Positions 1 through 26,084 of a DNA stretch of 64,000 bases are shown here, piece after piece. A program made the position numbers and the translations under genes. Each line of letters begins with the position of its first letter. Position 1 is the first letter of the stretch. Under the pieces are notes generated by a model that was not told the DNA's origin, did not search any database, and saw only the letters and a list, made by a program, of their open reading frames with translations. Origin of the DNA: Blastocystis sp. Blastoise (taxonomy: Eukaryota; Protista; Bigyra: Opalinata); assembly GCA_039096225.1 (NCBI GenBank), contig JBBPEB010000034.1, positions 620,001 to 684,000 on the forward strand, read 5' to 3'.

Positions 1-279
1 ACTTTAACAGCTCCTTTGGATCGTATCAAAGTATTAATGCAAGCAGATATTGGTGGAGCTAATTATACAATTCATCAAGCATCTACAAAGATTTGGAGAG
101 AAGGAGGTTTCAAAGCATATTTTAAAGGAAATTTTGTCAATTGTCTCAAAGTTACACCTGAAAATGCAATTAAATTATATTTTTATGAATATTTACGAAA
201 ACTATTTAATATTAACACAGATAAACCAGAAATTGGACAACGATTTCTTACTGGTGCAGGATGTATATATATTGTATTG

Positions 280-350
<71 letters not shown>

Positions 351-780
351 GCTGGTTTTCTTGCTCAATTAGCTGTATATCCGTTAGAGATCGCTAAAAC
401 CCGTTTAACGTTATCTGGTCCTGGTGTATATAAAGGAATGATGGATGTATTTCAAAAGACTATTCAATATGAAGGAGTTCTGTATATATATATATTTATT
501 ATTATGTTTATTATGTTTATGTAAATTATTATTATTATTATACTTATTATTATTATTATTATATAGAAGTCTATATAAAGGATTATTAGCTAGTTTATTA
601 GGTATGGTTCCTTATGCTGGTGTCGAATTATGTGTATACTCATTACTTAAAGTATATATATATTATTATTATTGTAATTAATAATTTTATTATCATATAT
701 ATATATATAGGATTCTTATAATAATTATTCACATAATACTATTCCTCCAGTATGGGCATTACTCTCTATAAGTATATATA

Positions 781-822
<42 letters not shown>

Positions 823-1102
823 TCTCTATAAGTGGTATATCTTCGATATGTGGTCAAATGGTATCTTATCCGTTACAACTCGTTAGAACCCGTTTACAAG
901 CACAAGGAATGAGAGGGTTATATTTAGAAGATCATGATATATATACAGGTATTATAGATTGCCTTATTAAAACAGTAAAGAGAAATGGTCTTAAAGGATT
1001 ATATAAAGGAATTGGTGCCAATTGCTTAAAGACTATCCCTGCTATTAGTATTAATTATACAGGTATATATATATATATATTTATTATTATTATTATTAAC
1101 CA

Positions 1103-1137
<35 letters not shown>

Positions 1138-1199
1138 TTCTAGTATATGAAGAATCAAAGAGACTTCTTGGTGTTGGAGATAAAATGCAATCGAATTAA
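1..1199 (+). CDS. Mitochondrial carrier (SLC25A23/24/25, ATP-Mg/Pi-like), 5'-truncated; exons ~1-262, 352-481, 567-651, 711-771, 832-1062, 1144-1199
   Basis: Three carrier signature repeats (APLDRIKVLMQ, YPLEIAKTRL, YPLQLVRTRLQAQ) plus YFKGN...KVTPENAIK and LYKG...GMVPYAGV. Exons join in frame; TAA at 1197-1199. Confidence 0.93.
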
Positions 1200-1996
1200 A
1201 TAGAGTTTATATATATGTATAACAAATATTATATATTTTCTCTACATGTATATATCACCAATAATATTGATATTTATATACTATCTCAATATTGACATCT
1301 CTCCTATATTTTATAATTATATATATATATATATATATTCTTCATTTAATCTTTTCTCATTTTCTTTTCCATTTTTTTTTTCTTTTTTCTCTTCATTTGA
1401 AATTATTTACTTTTATTATTTACATTTTGTTTTCTATTTTTTAGTTTTTTCTATTCATATGAAATAAATTTGTAATTTGTTGATTCTATTATATGTATAT
1501 ATACTATTATGATTTCTTTTGAGAAAGAAATTTTATTATATATATTTATAATTGTATTCACATTCGATATGATTCTTTTTTATCATTTTTTTTTTAATTA
1601 TTTACATTTTATTTCCTTTTTCTATGCTTTTCTCATTACCTCTTTTTTAAACAGTCTCCTTATAACAATATATGTTGTTTTTCAATGCTTTATGTACACT
1701 CATTATTCCTCTACTATACCTTTTTTATAATATTCTTATTTTTAATAAGGCATACAGTAGTATTATTACATTTTCAAACACTCTTCCCAATTCAAAGAAT
1801 TCTCTTTTATTATTTATGAATAATTTTAATCATTATAGAATTATAAATATCACAAGACAGACACTAAACGTATCACAATGAATATATTCGTGAACAGAAG
1901 TTTTATTACATGATAACACATTTTTTAAATTATTTTCATGTTGATAATTTTTGAATTTTATTAATAAAACTATTAAATTCGTCTTCAGGACCTCAA

Positions 1997-3871
1997 ATGA
2001 ATGCTAATAACATAAGAATTTATGAATCAGAAAGAATAAAGTTGAATTACAATCCAATAAAGATATTAGGAAGTGGGTATTTTCTATTTTATTCAATATG
2101 TTTTATTAAAAGAAGACTAATATGATATCATCTATTTTAGATCCTTTAAAGATTGTCAGCAAATTGAAATCATTTCTATTGAAAAAGGAGAAGAATATCT
2201 TCAAGATTTGTTGATAACGCATAAACTTCAGAATTCACAAAGAAAATACAAATATCTCGTGTTAGGAACATTTAAAGATCCAATTGCTAGTAAAACCTAT
2301 TTTGAAGCACATAAAATAGTATCACAATTTAAATCTCCTTATATTCTTACTATATATGATGTTAATGGCAATCAGGTATATTTGATATCGTATCATTGAC
2401 ATGTATTTATTATTACTAGTCTTCAAAAGAATCAAATATTTCAAACAATGAATCTCCTCTTCAAGTATTTATTATTATAATCATTATAGAATATATATAT
2501 ATAATATTATTATTTATATATAGCTTCTTATGGAATACGCACCTCATGGAGATTTAAAATCTTTTTGTGAAAATGAATGTCTTTCTATTGAACAAATATT
2601 AAAATTAAATTTACAAATATTATGTGGACTTATTACACTTGAAGAAAATCATATGAATCATTTAGTATATATAGTTTTTTATTGTGTTTATTGTGTTTAT
2701 ACTATTTATCATTATTTTTTGTATATTTATTCTAATTATTCTATTTGTTATTATATTATATTTATTATATTATATTTATTATATAATATTTATTATTATA
2801 TTTATTATTATATTCTATTTATTCTTTTTATAAATATATATATATCTATAGGATATAAAAATTCAGAATATATTAATATGTGATGATAATACTGAAGAAG
2901 GAAAAGTTATTGCAAAAATATGTATGTTAATATTTATATATATAATTAATCATATATATAGCTGATTTTGATTATTTATCAAGAGTTCAATTGGCAATTG
3001 ATAATAAACAAATTCAACAGAATTATTATTGTAAACAAGATTTATTAACTCAATTCCTTTTACCGAATGTATATCTATAATATCTTTATAATAATTACCA
3101 ACAAATATATATATATATATATATAGTCTGATGTTTATGCTTTTGGTATTATATTATATAAATGTTTATATTTTAGTGGATATATAAAAGAAAATAATGA
3201 ATTATATTTTAGAAATGAATTCTATGTATATATGCATAATTATATTTATTTATTTATCATTTAATTAATATATATATATATATATATACCCAATTATAAT
3301 ACTATATTTTAGTTTATTATTATGATATATATATATATATATTATATATATAGACAATACATGGTATAGAGAGATTATTTCCCCCTTGTTCGTTCTTTAA
3401 TGATAATCCTGATATCGATATATTTTTAAGACATATTACTCATCGATATAATAGATATAGATGGTTTGCTTCTAACGCTATATATGTATATATATATATA
3501 CATATAATTATAATTATATATATAATATAATTAGTATTATTAAACTTATTATTATCAATTAGTAAATATAATTATTCAATAATAATATACTATATATATA
3601 GAGTAATATATTTCAAAGAACAATAATCAATAATGATATGTCTATATCTATATATGATTTAGTAGAAACAGAAACAAATCAAAAATATAAATTATTATCA
3701 AAATCGCAGTCAATTCTATCTACAGAAAATAATCAAAAATTAGCAGATACTTTTACTGATGAAATTCTTATTAAGAATTCAAATCCATTTTTATATGCTG
3801 ATCCCTCACAATTAGTGGTTTTTAATGAACAAACAAAACAATTTTCTAGTATATCTTCTCAATATTTGTAA
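1997..3871 (+). CDS. Divergent Ser/Thr protein kinase-like protein (WNK-type lysine placement); multi-exon; alternative end ~3960
   Basis: Spliced translation gives LGSGSFKDC, LLMEYAPHGDL, HLDIKIQNILI, AKISDFD and SDVYAFGIILY. GT-AG introns keep the frame. Confidence 0.82.
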
Positions 3872-4609
3872 CATTATTATTATTATTTTTATGTATTCAA
3901 TTGATATATTATGCTATTATTTATAGAGTAATATCGATAAGTTTTGAAGTTATTAAGTAATATATCTTTTGTTTACAAATAATAATTATTATTATTATTC
4001 ACGTAATTAAAATATATATTTTTTCTTACTATATAAATAAAAACTGTTATACACTTTTTTCAATTAAATTTAAAGATTAATGTGAATCTGTTATTAAAAC
4101 TAGAAAATAATCATTTTTATATTAATGTCATTAGAATACAGGCTTTTATAACTAAATTCTATATATGCTATTTATAAATATAAACTATTTAATGTATTAA
4201 TACAATTAATATGATGGAATAGTAATATGTCAACTATAATACTAATATATATAATTATATACTAATTTCTTATTATCTAAAACAATTTGTTCTGTATACA
4301 AGAATCAAGTGTATTCGTATATATAATAATTTATTATTATTCTATAAATACATTTAATTGACACATTTATAATAATTATATATATATGTATATATATAAA
4401 CAGAATAAACAAAAACAATTATTAAAATTCAAATCTTTTAAAAATGAAGAAAATGTTAACTGTCTATTAACATCTGAATTATTTTATATACCCATATAAA
4501 GCAATATATTTAATAAATAAAACATATATATAAGAAATAATCAAACTAGAAAAGATATTCAGATAGTATATAATATATGATTCTATATATAAATATATAT
4601 AAATAGAGT

Positions 4610-17123
<12,514 letters not shown>

Positions 17124-17683
17124 TATATATTATATATGGATAATTTCGCAAAAATAAATGTATGTGAAAAAGAAAAACATCATTTAGAACCTTTTGGAAA
17201 CGAATTCAATATGATTATTTTAGAAAAATCCCACTGACAACTCGGTAGATATACGGGAATTTCCAAATAATGTTGTGAAAACTATTCAACCTCTTTCCTA
17301 ACCTTTTATTGGTGTACTTGTAATGTATATATATTCGTTTATATGTAGAATATATATCTTTAATATTATTGAATAAAAGAAAAAGATTTGGTTTAAAAAG
17401 ATATCCCATTGTTCATTAGAAACTGTTGATAGTCAATATTTTTATATTTAATATGTTTGAATAATAATATTGTGTGGTTTAATTGATTATGAACTATGAA
17501 TTTGAAAAGAGATTACAACTCAAAGCAGAATTTTCAGAAAATTCATCATTATTTTTAATGAAAAGCAAAAATATCTAATAGTATAATAAATTATATATAG
17601 CAACAAATACAAAAGATAAAAAAATATATATGTTATTATTTTTACATTACGCAAAACCTTTAAATAAAATTTTAAAAATAAGC

Positions 17684-19430
17684 TTAAAGAGGAATATTAC
17701 CATGTTTTCTCCAAGGATTAGTCATCTTCTTAGTACGAAGAATTTCTAAATCTTCACAGAGTCTTTGACGAGTTTGAACGGGATCAATGATATCATCAAT
17801 GAAACCACGTTGAGCAGCCATAAGAGGATTAGCAAAGTTATAAGAATATTCAGCAACATTCTTTTCAATATCTTTACCACGGAAGATAATCTTAACAGCA
17901 CCTTCAGCACCCATGACAGCAATTTCACCATTAGCCCATGAATAATTAGAGTCACCACGAAGATGTTTAGAACTCATGACACAATAAGCACCACCATAAC
18001 TCTTACGAGTAATAACAGTAACCTTAGGAACAGTAGCTTCAGCATAAGCATAAATAAGTTTAGCACCTTCTCTGATAATACCTCTATGTTCTTGATTAAC
18101 ACCAGGTAAGAATCCAGGAACATCAACTAAAGTAACAAGAGGAATATTGAAAGCATCACAGAATCTAACGAAACGAGCAGCCTTAACAGAAGCATCAATA
18201 TCTAAACAACCAGCTTTTTCTAAAGGTTGATTAGCAACGACACCAACAGTACTACCTTCCATACGAGCAAAACCAACAATAATATTCTTAGCGAAATCAG
18301 GAGAAGTTTCAAAGAATTCATAATCATCAACGATCATATTAATAACTTTCTTCATATCATAAGAAAGCTTGGCATCAGAAGGAACAATTTGTTCAAGAGC
18401 AACATCAGCACGAGTACGAGGATCAGTACAAACACGAGAAGGAACACCATCCTTATTATTAAGAGGAAGATAATCATAAAGTTGACGAATAGCATGAAGC
18501 ATTTGAACATCATTATCATAAGCACCTTGAGCAACACCAGACTTAGTAGTATGTACTTTAGCACCACCAAGTTCTTCTTGAGTAACTTCTTCACGAGTAA
18601 CAGTCTTAACTACATCAGGACCAGTAATAAACATATAAGAAGTATCACGGACCATGAAGATGAAATCAGTAATAGCAGGAGAATAGACAGCACCACCAGC
18701 ACAAGGTCCCATAATAAGAGAAAGTTGAGGAATAACACCAGAAGCTAAAGTATTTCTCTTGAAGATTTCAGAGTATCCAGCAAGAGAATCACAACCTTCT
18801 TGAATACGAGCACCGCCGGAGTCATTAAGACCAATAACGGGAGCACCGACATCCATAGCTTTATCCATAATCTTACAGATCTTTTCAGCATGAGTAAGAG
18901 AAAGAGAACCACCAAGAACAGTGAAATCTTGAGCATAAACAAAGACAAGACGACCATTAATGGTACCATGACCAGTAACAACACCATCACCAGGATAATG
19001 TTGTTTTTCCATACCAAAATTAGTACAACGATGAGCCTTTAATTGATCATATTCACGGAAAGAACCTTGATCAAGAAGAAGTTCAAGACGTTCACGAGCA
19101 GTAAGTTTACCACGGGCATGTTGAGAATCAATTCTCTTTTGACCACCACCGAGAACGGCTTGTTGTCTAGTTTCAGCAAGTCTATCAACAAAGGGTTTTT
19201 TAAGATCAATGGCACTAGCAAAAGAACGAACCTATAGAATGATATTATTAGTTATATTGATCAATTCTTTATAAATAGATTTAAGATATCACAAAATATA
19301 GAATAAAAAAATAATGAGCAAGGTGTGCATTACCCAAAAAAATAGAAAAGATAGAGATAACAATGTATGTATATATATATACAGCTAAGTGCTTAGAAGA
19401 TCTGGCAAGAACAGAAGCAGCAGCCAACAT
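17684..19430 (-). CDS. PCCB: Propionyl-CoA carboxylase beta chain with mitochondrial-type presequence; single intron 19232-19382
   Basis: N-terminus [15 protein letters not shown]|VRSFAS; [46 protein letters not shown]; C-terminal KHGNIPL. Confidence 0.97.
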
Positions 19431-20850
19431 TTTTAACAAATAAACAAAATAAGAATAACAATCACTCTTTACTCAAAAAAGTTCCCTTTGTAAGTTTACT
19501 AATGAAATTTGGTAATCATCCAAAAGAGAATCAAAAGGTTCCAAAACGAATATATAAAAAAGATTGCTAATAATCATAGATAATCTTGATTCTTCTCGTA
19601 TAAACGATGGAGACTAAAACAGAGAAACCTAAAGATGAAGACCAAAAAGTTTATTAAGAAAAATTAATAGAAGAACCTTTCGATACTTTTCTTGAGTATC
19701 TCCAGATTCTCCTAGATCGATGTTGATCTCTCAAATCATTCACGTTTCTCGTCTTTCCCATTTTTTTAATTTATTCATGAATAATCATTTTTTTGATGAA
19801 CCTTTTCACTTTTATTCATGAAAATAATGCTTTTTTGACGAAGATCTCTTTTATTCTTGATTATTCAAGATATTTTGATGAAATGTAATCTTTTTCATTG
19901 TTTTCTCTTCTCTCACATCATTTAAGCAAATAACGATATAATGAAACACCATACTCGTAAAAGATCTCTATTTGTTTCTACTCTAGTCATGCCGTCAACT
20001 AAAGATATTTGACCACTTTTTTCTTCTGATTCTTCAGCTTTTTTTATGTTTTTCTTATTTCATTTTGTAGATCCTATTTTTTTAATTAGAATGAAAAGTG
20101 GGTCCTTTATCTTATTTAAAAGAAACAAATAAATAGATAATCACACTGAAAATTATATTGTAATGTGCTTGATTTTGTAATAAAACTTGTTTTTATTTCA
20201 TTTCCACAATGTTTAGGATTTATTTTAACCAAATTAGCTGACTGATTCATGGAAACATAGAAGTCATAGAAGTGTAATCATTGTTTTTAAAATAGTATAC
20301 ATATGTACAACAAAAGTATAAATGAAGAACAGATTTAAAATATGATTTTTTTGTAAATCGCTTATTAATTATGTAGCAAGAACTATTTAAGCTTCTATAA
20401 ATAATTAGATATGCATGAATCTAGTTTTAAGATATGATTAACATGTCATTAAGGGTTTTCTTTGGAAGATGTTAAACGAAGTTTTCCATCATAGTTATTT
20501 AAACGGATAATTCTATATCATAAAATCATATATTGATTGTATTTACTATTAACATCATGATTCTAACTTATTTTACACCAATGATTGGGTAAATGATCAC
20601 ATATTATCTCATTTAATTACGTAAATCTTCACGAATCAGATCTTCTATATATCTTCAGACAGGAAAGGAGACTATACGTATCATAAATAATATTTTAATG
20701 AGACGAATTAACTTGAAAAGACAAAAGATTGATGCATAAATAATATATATATACAAATGTCTATGTAACTGTTCGTTGAGGACAACAAATAATAAATTTT
20801 CATTTTTAGATTCATTCGTCTCGAAATGAACAAAAAAAAATAATAAAAAA

Positions 20851-22517
20851 ATGATTAAAAAGCAATATTTTGGTGAATTTTTATTTATTTTAATGGAGGA
20901 TCACGAAGCACTTTTATTTACAAAGCAGAACAATAAAGCTTCTCAGCCTATACAAAAAAATACTGTTTCTTCACAAGAAATGGATCCCGATGTCTTGTTA
21001 AGTGCATATACTACTCCTGAAGTAATTGAACTTGAAACAGATCGTTTTTTAAGCAATCCAATAACACCTTCGTTCTCTACACTCACGGTTCAGGAGGAAA
21101 TCTTGTCGAATTGTCCATATCCTGTCGGTTGTATTCTTCAGCCTTTTCATGAAACAACAAAGAGATTCCCGTTGATAAAGGAAAATCCTCATAGATGTTT
21201 AAATTGTGGTGTAATTATGACAAAACTCAATCAACATCAAATAAATCAAAATGAATGCAAATGTATAATCTGTGGTAATATCACTAGAGGATCTAATATT
21301 ACTGAATATACTGAATCAATATTAGAACCTCTTACAGAGCTCTCTTTAGATTCAACTACCTTAGGAACAAATGAATCCAATAATAATCAAGATCTATTGA
21401 CTTATTCCAATTATTGTTTTGTTGATAATGAAAGTATTTATTATATATTATACAATTAAATGTATTTATTTTTATATTATATAATTGAATATGTTTTATT
21501 TTTAAATAATATAATTGAATGTATTTATTTTTATATTATATAATTGAATATGTTTTTTTTTGTTATTAATTGAATATGTTATTGTATATTATATAACTGA
21601 ATATGTTATTTTTTAATATTAAATAATTAAATATGTTTATTATATATATTATATATATAATATGTTTTCATTTCTAGATATATCTTCACATCCTGAACTA
21701 TTATCTTCATCATCATCATCTTCATCTTCAAAAGCATTATTATTTATTATCGACAAACATCTCTTTCATGAAGATATACAAAGATTATTATCGTCTTTAG
21801 AAATCGTTTTAAATCAAGTAGATGATACTATTTCTATAGGTCTTCTTTCTTATGGAGATTGTATAGAAATATATGAATTAGGGAATTCTTCTTTGTGCTC
21901 AGCAGATACTTATAGAGGAGACCGTGTACCTCAACAAGACGTATATATATAATAATATATAATATTATAATATTATAATATTATAATATAAAATAATATA
22001 ATAATATATAATATATGATTCATGAGTATTTATAATTATAAATATAATTATTATCAATTATAAAATTAAATAAACTATTATTATTATATTTTTATCTTGT
22101 ATAATTATATTTTTATGATTGAAATAATCATACATTATTTATATATATATATTATATACTTAGAAAACCTATATATATATACATATCTTTAGGATATTTC
22201 TCGAATTTTATTTCATGAAAAAGATCCAGCTGAAACGTATTCTTCATATATCCCTCCTTTAGCTAACGGACTTAAACCGTTCCTGAACACTATTAAATCG
22301 ATCAATGGGCAACATAATACATCTTATTATATTAAACAAAAGTATATTTATTGATCATTGTCTATATTCTATTTTTAATATTATATATATATATTTTCTC
22401 TCCATTCATTTTGATATTCAAAATTTATTAATATTATTATATATATATCATTTGAATATTCTTTCATGGATAATAACTTTAGAATACACTTATTTATATA
22501 TAATCAAGATATTTCTG

Positions 22518-22551
<34 letters not shown>

Positions 22552-23531
22552 CTAATTCATTATATCATCGTTGTTTGGGTGCTGCTCTTAGCTATGGAAT
22601 GACGCTCATCAATGCATGTGGATGCCGTTACGGTCACATGATTGTGTTCACCAACGGTCCTTGTGAAATTGGACCTGGAAAACTTATTCAAGGAGACTAC
22701 GAAGTATATATCTATAGAATCTCTTTATATATAGAGTATACTGTAATCTATATATATCTTTTTCATTCTATATATTATTCTTTATATTCTTATATTCCCA
22801 TTTCTCTTATATATATTTATAGGGAGAACAAGACAGCTTTAAATTCTATAAATCTCTTGCTAAGACAGCCTTTGAATCTCATATAACCGCGGATATATTC
22901 ACTTCCGGAGTAGATTCCATTGGTGTTAAAACACTTAAAGTATATAGTATTATTTATATTTTATATTATTATTATTTTATATTATTATATGTTTTATATT
23001 ATTATATATTTTATATTATTATATATTTTATATTATTATATGTTTTATACCAATAGGTCAATGCATATATATGATATATATATATATGTATATATATATA
23101 TAGAACTTTATATACCCCTTGGGTGGGTCTATTATTCAACTTCACGATTGGACAGATGACTGTATTCAGTCACTTTCATCCTGTCTGAAACATGCTTTTA
23201 TTCCACCAGCAATGATTCATCTATATACATCAACGGGAGTTACAATTAAAAAAATAATCGGAAATTCTATTCAACAAACAAAAGAAAGTATATAAATATT
23301 GTCATATTTTATTGTTTCTTATATATATACTAGTTTTGTCATTTGAATTTTTGTATTCTTAATTATAAACACTATTTATTACATTTTATATCTTCGTTGA
23401 TATTCAAAATTTCTAATTTCTCTATTATATATATAGAATATCGAAATACTATATTAATTAATCGTGCTGAACCATCACTAATTTATTCACTTCTCTTTTC
23501 ACTTCAACCACGAAACATCTATAATAATCTT

Positions 23532-23622
<91 letters not shown>

Positions 23623-25601
23623 TTAAAGCTGCTATTTGTTCAACATATACGACTATCGTTAATATACTTATTATATATATTTTCTTCATAGATTCAAAGT
23701 GAAACTCATTTTTATTCTCCAAAATTTGATTGTTCATGTATATATGTATGTAGTCTTTCTATTCCTATTCTTACTCCTCATTATATATCAACATATTCAT
23801 GTCAATCTTCAATTGAAATCTCTCCGGATTTCTATTCACCTCCTCCCTATAATTCTATCTCTTCTTCTATCTCTCGATCTCTCTCTAGAAACTCATTATT
23901 ATCTCCTTCTTCTCCTAATCCTTTTTCTAATAATAATAATCATAATAATAATAATAATCCTTCTTCTTATCCTAATCCTTTTTCTAATACTAATCCTATT
24001 TCTAATACTAATCTTAATGCTAATACTAATTCTTCTATGTCAACTTATTCTAATGAAAGAGAAGACAATCAGATTCTTCTCAATAAACTCTTATCTTCTT
24101 CTTCTTCTTCTTCTTCTACAACTTATATAAATCAATCGAATTCTGTTGATCCTGAATTTCTAACTCAACAAACATTACGTAAAGAAGCATCTATATTTTA
24201 TGAGTCTATTCAACCAAATATTATTCTTCTTCTTATCACCAAAGATCTCATCAGTCAAGTATGTGTTTTAAATAATTATATATATATATACGTTAATAGA
24301 TTATATTATTCAAACAATTTTTATTATATACTATTAATTTAAAGAAATATTATATATGTATATATTACATTCTATATCTTTAGACTACATGGAATAATAA
24401 ATCTGATATACATCAAACTATCAAATATCTCCTGAAAAATATCCTTTCTCTGTATCGTACGCCGAATTCGAAGAATCGTGTGTCTCTTCCTGATTCTATT
24501 CAACATATTCCATTATATTTATACGGATTTCAACATAGTTCAATGTTAGGAACATGGAATCAACATTATGAAGATCAGACTATATCTAGAAATCGATATA
24601 TTAACGCGGGATATGAAGAATCCATCTCTTTACTTCTACCCCATCTATATTTCTCCCGTGGTTTTCTTGCAGAATCAAATGATTCCTTTCAACAATCTTT
24701 AAATACATCTTCAACACTCTCTTCTACATTAAATATTCATTTAAATTCTTTCTATCAACGCAAAGGTAGTAAACAATATAATGATATTCATACAGTCAAT
24801 CATGGCATTGCCTCAACACCCGTTTCCCCTACACCTCTTACAACTTCCTCTACAACTTCTCTCTATTCTCCAAGACCTACTTTCATTCATGCATCAACAC
24901 AATCATCATCTACTACTACTAATGCTAATGCTAATGCTAATGCTAATAATAATAATAATAATAATAATAATGATAATACTCCTTCTCTTTCCTCAGAATT
25001 ATCACCATCATTCTCGTATAGATCTGCTTCTATGAGTAATCTTCTTATACCACCATCTACTATCACTTCTACTTCTTATCTTAATAAATATCCTTATATA
25101 ATACCTTCTTCTATCTCTAATAATATCCCTAATGAATCTCTCACAGAACCTTCGTTATCTTCTGCTTCTCTTTCTGAACTACAACAACTTCCTACAAATG
25201 TACTTCTTTCTCAACAATCTCCTGAAACACTTGCTTTATTAAATAATAGTATTATAGTTCTAGATACATATGAAGATGTATATATATGGATTGGAAATGA
25301 TCGACCTTCAAGTGATAAAGATTATTTATATCAATATATATTTAATCAATGTGTAGAATTAGTAGATGGAAGATATCCTGCTACTCATCTTCATGCAGTT
25401 CGTGAATTCACTACAGAAAGCAGATCTGTCTTATGTAGATTGATTCCTTCTCATCAAGATGCTGTTGACATTATTAATAAGAATCATCGCATTTTCAAAC
25501 GATTATCTTCTTTAGAACAAAAACAACTTTTATCTAAATTTATGAATACCGAAGACTATAGCTTTAGACAATATATGACTATGATCAATCATTTAGAATA
25601 A
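20851..25601 (+). CDS. Sec23-like COPII protein, divergent class; start may be 20893
   Basis: Zn finger CLNC...CIIC; vWA trunk LLFIIDKH, RCLGAALSYG, IVFTNGPCEIGPG; gelsolin-like IIVLDTYEDVYIWIG; C-terminal CRLIPSHQD. Exons join in frame via GT-AG introns. Confidence 0.88.
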
Positions 25602-26084
25602 CTATAATTCAAAACTATACGAATTCATTTTTTTTTATTCTTTATTTTTTTTCATTTTTCTCATTTTCTTTTTTAATCAACTATTTGTAGTTATAATTTA
25701 ATATATATTTTGTTTTCTTTGTATCAATTTTTGACACTTCCTTGTTCTCATTTTTGTTTTAAACTATAGATAACACTTTCTTTTGATATAAGGGTGTAAC
25801 ATTATTATGTTTTCAATCTCTAACACTCATTGAATAGACTAATTCCATGTCTTTAACACACTTTTTAATTGTGTTTCTGTTGATTCTCTTCTTAAGAAAA
25901 CAGATTCTTGAAGGGGAATTAAAAACACTTTCCAAAAAAACATTTTAAAAATCGGTTTAAATAATAAGAAAACCGCGGTTTTGAGAAATTGGAGAAAAAG
26001 AATCAAGAAGATTTTTGTATTTTCTCTGTAAGATTTTTATAAAAGTCATTTAAATTCATATTGATTACTGATTTCAAACTAATA

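Noticed and set aside
1200-1996. Hydrophobic ORFs between the carrier and the kinase (similarly in 31766-32527)
   Set aside because: T-rich UTR/intergenic sequence giving F/I/L/Y-rich translations without exon-like composition.
18227-19237. Plus-strand ORFs overlapping PCCB (likewise those antisense to Sec31, Tom70 and GtaA)
   Set aside because: Antisense shadows caused by strong codon bias; no recognisable motifs.
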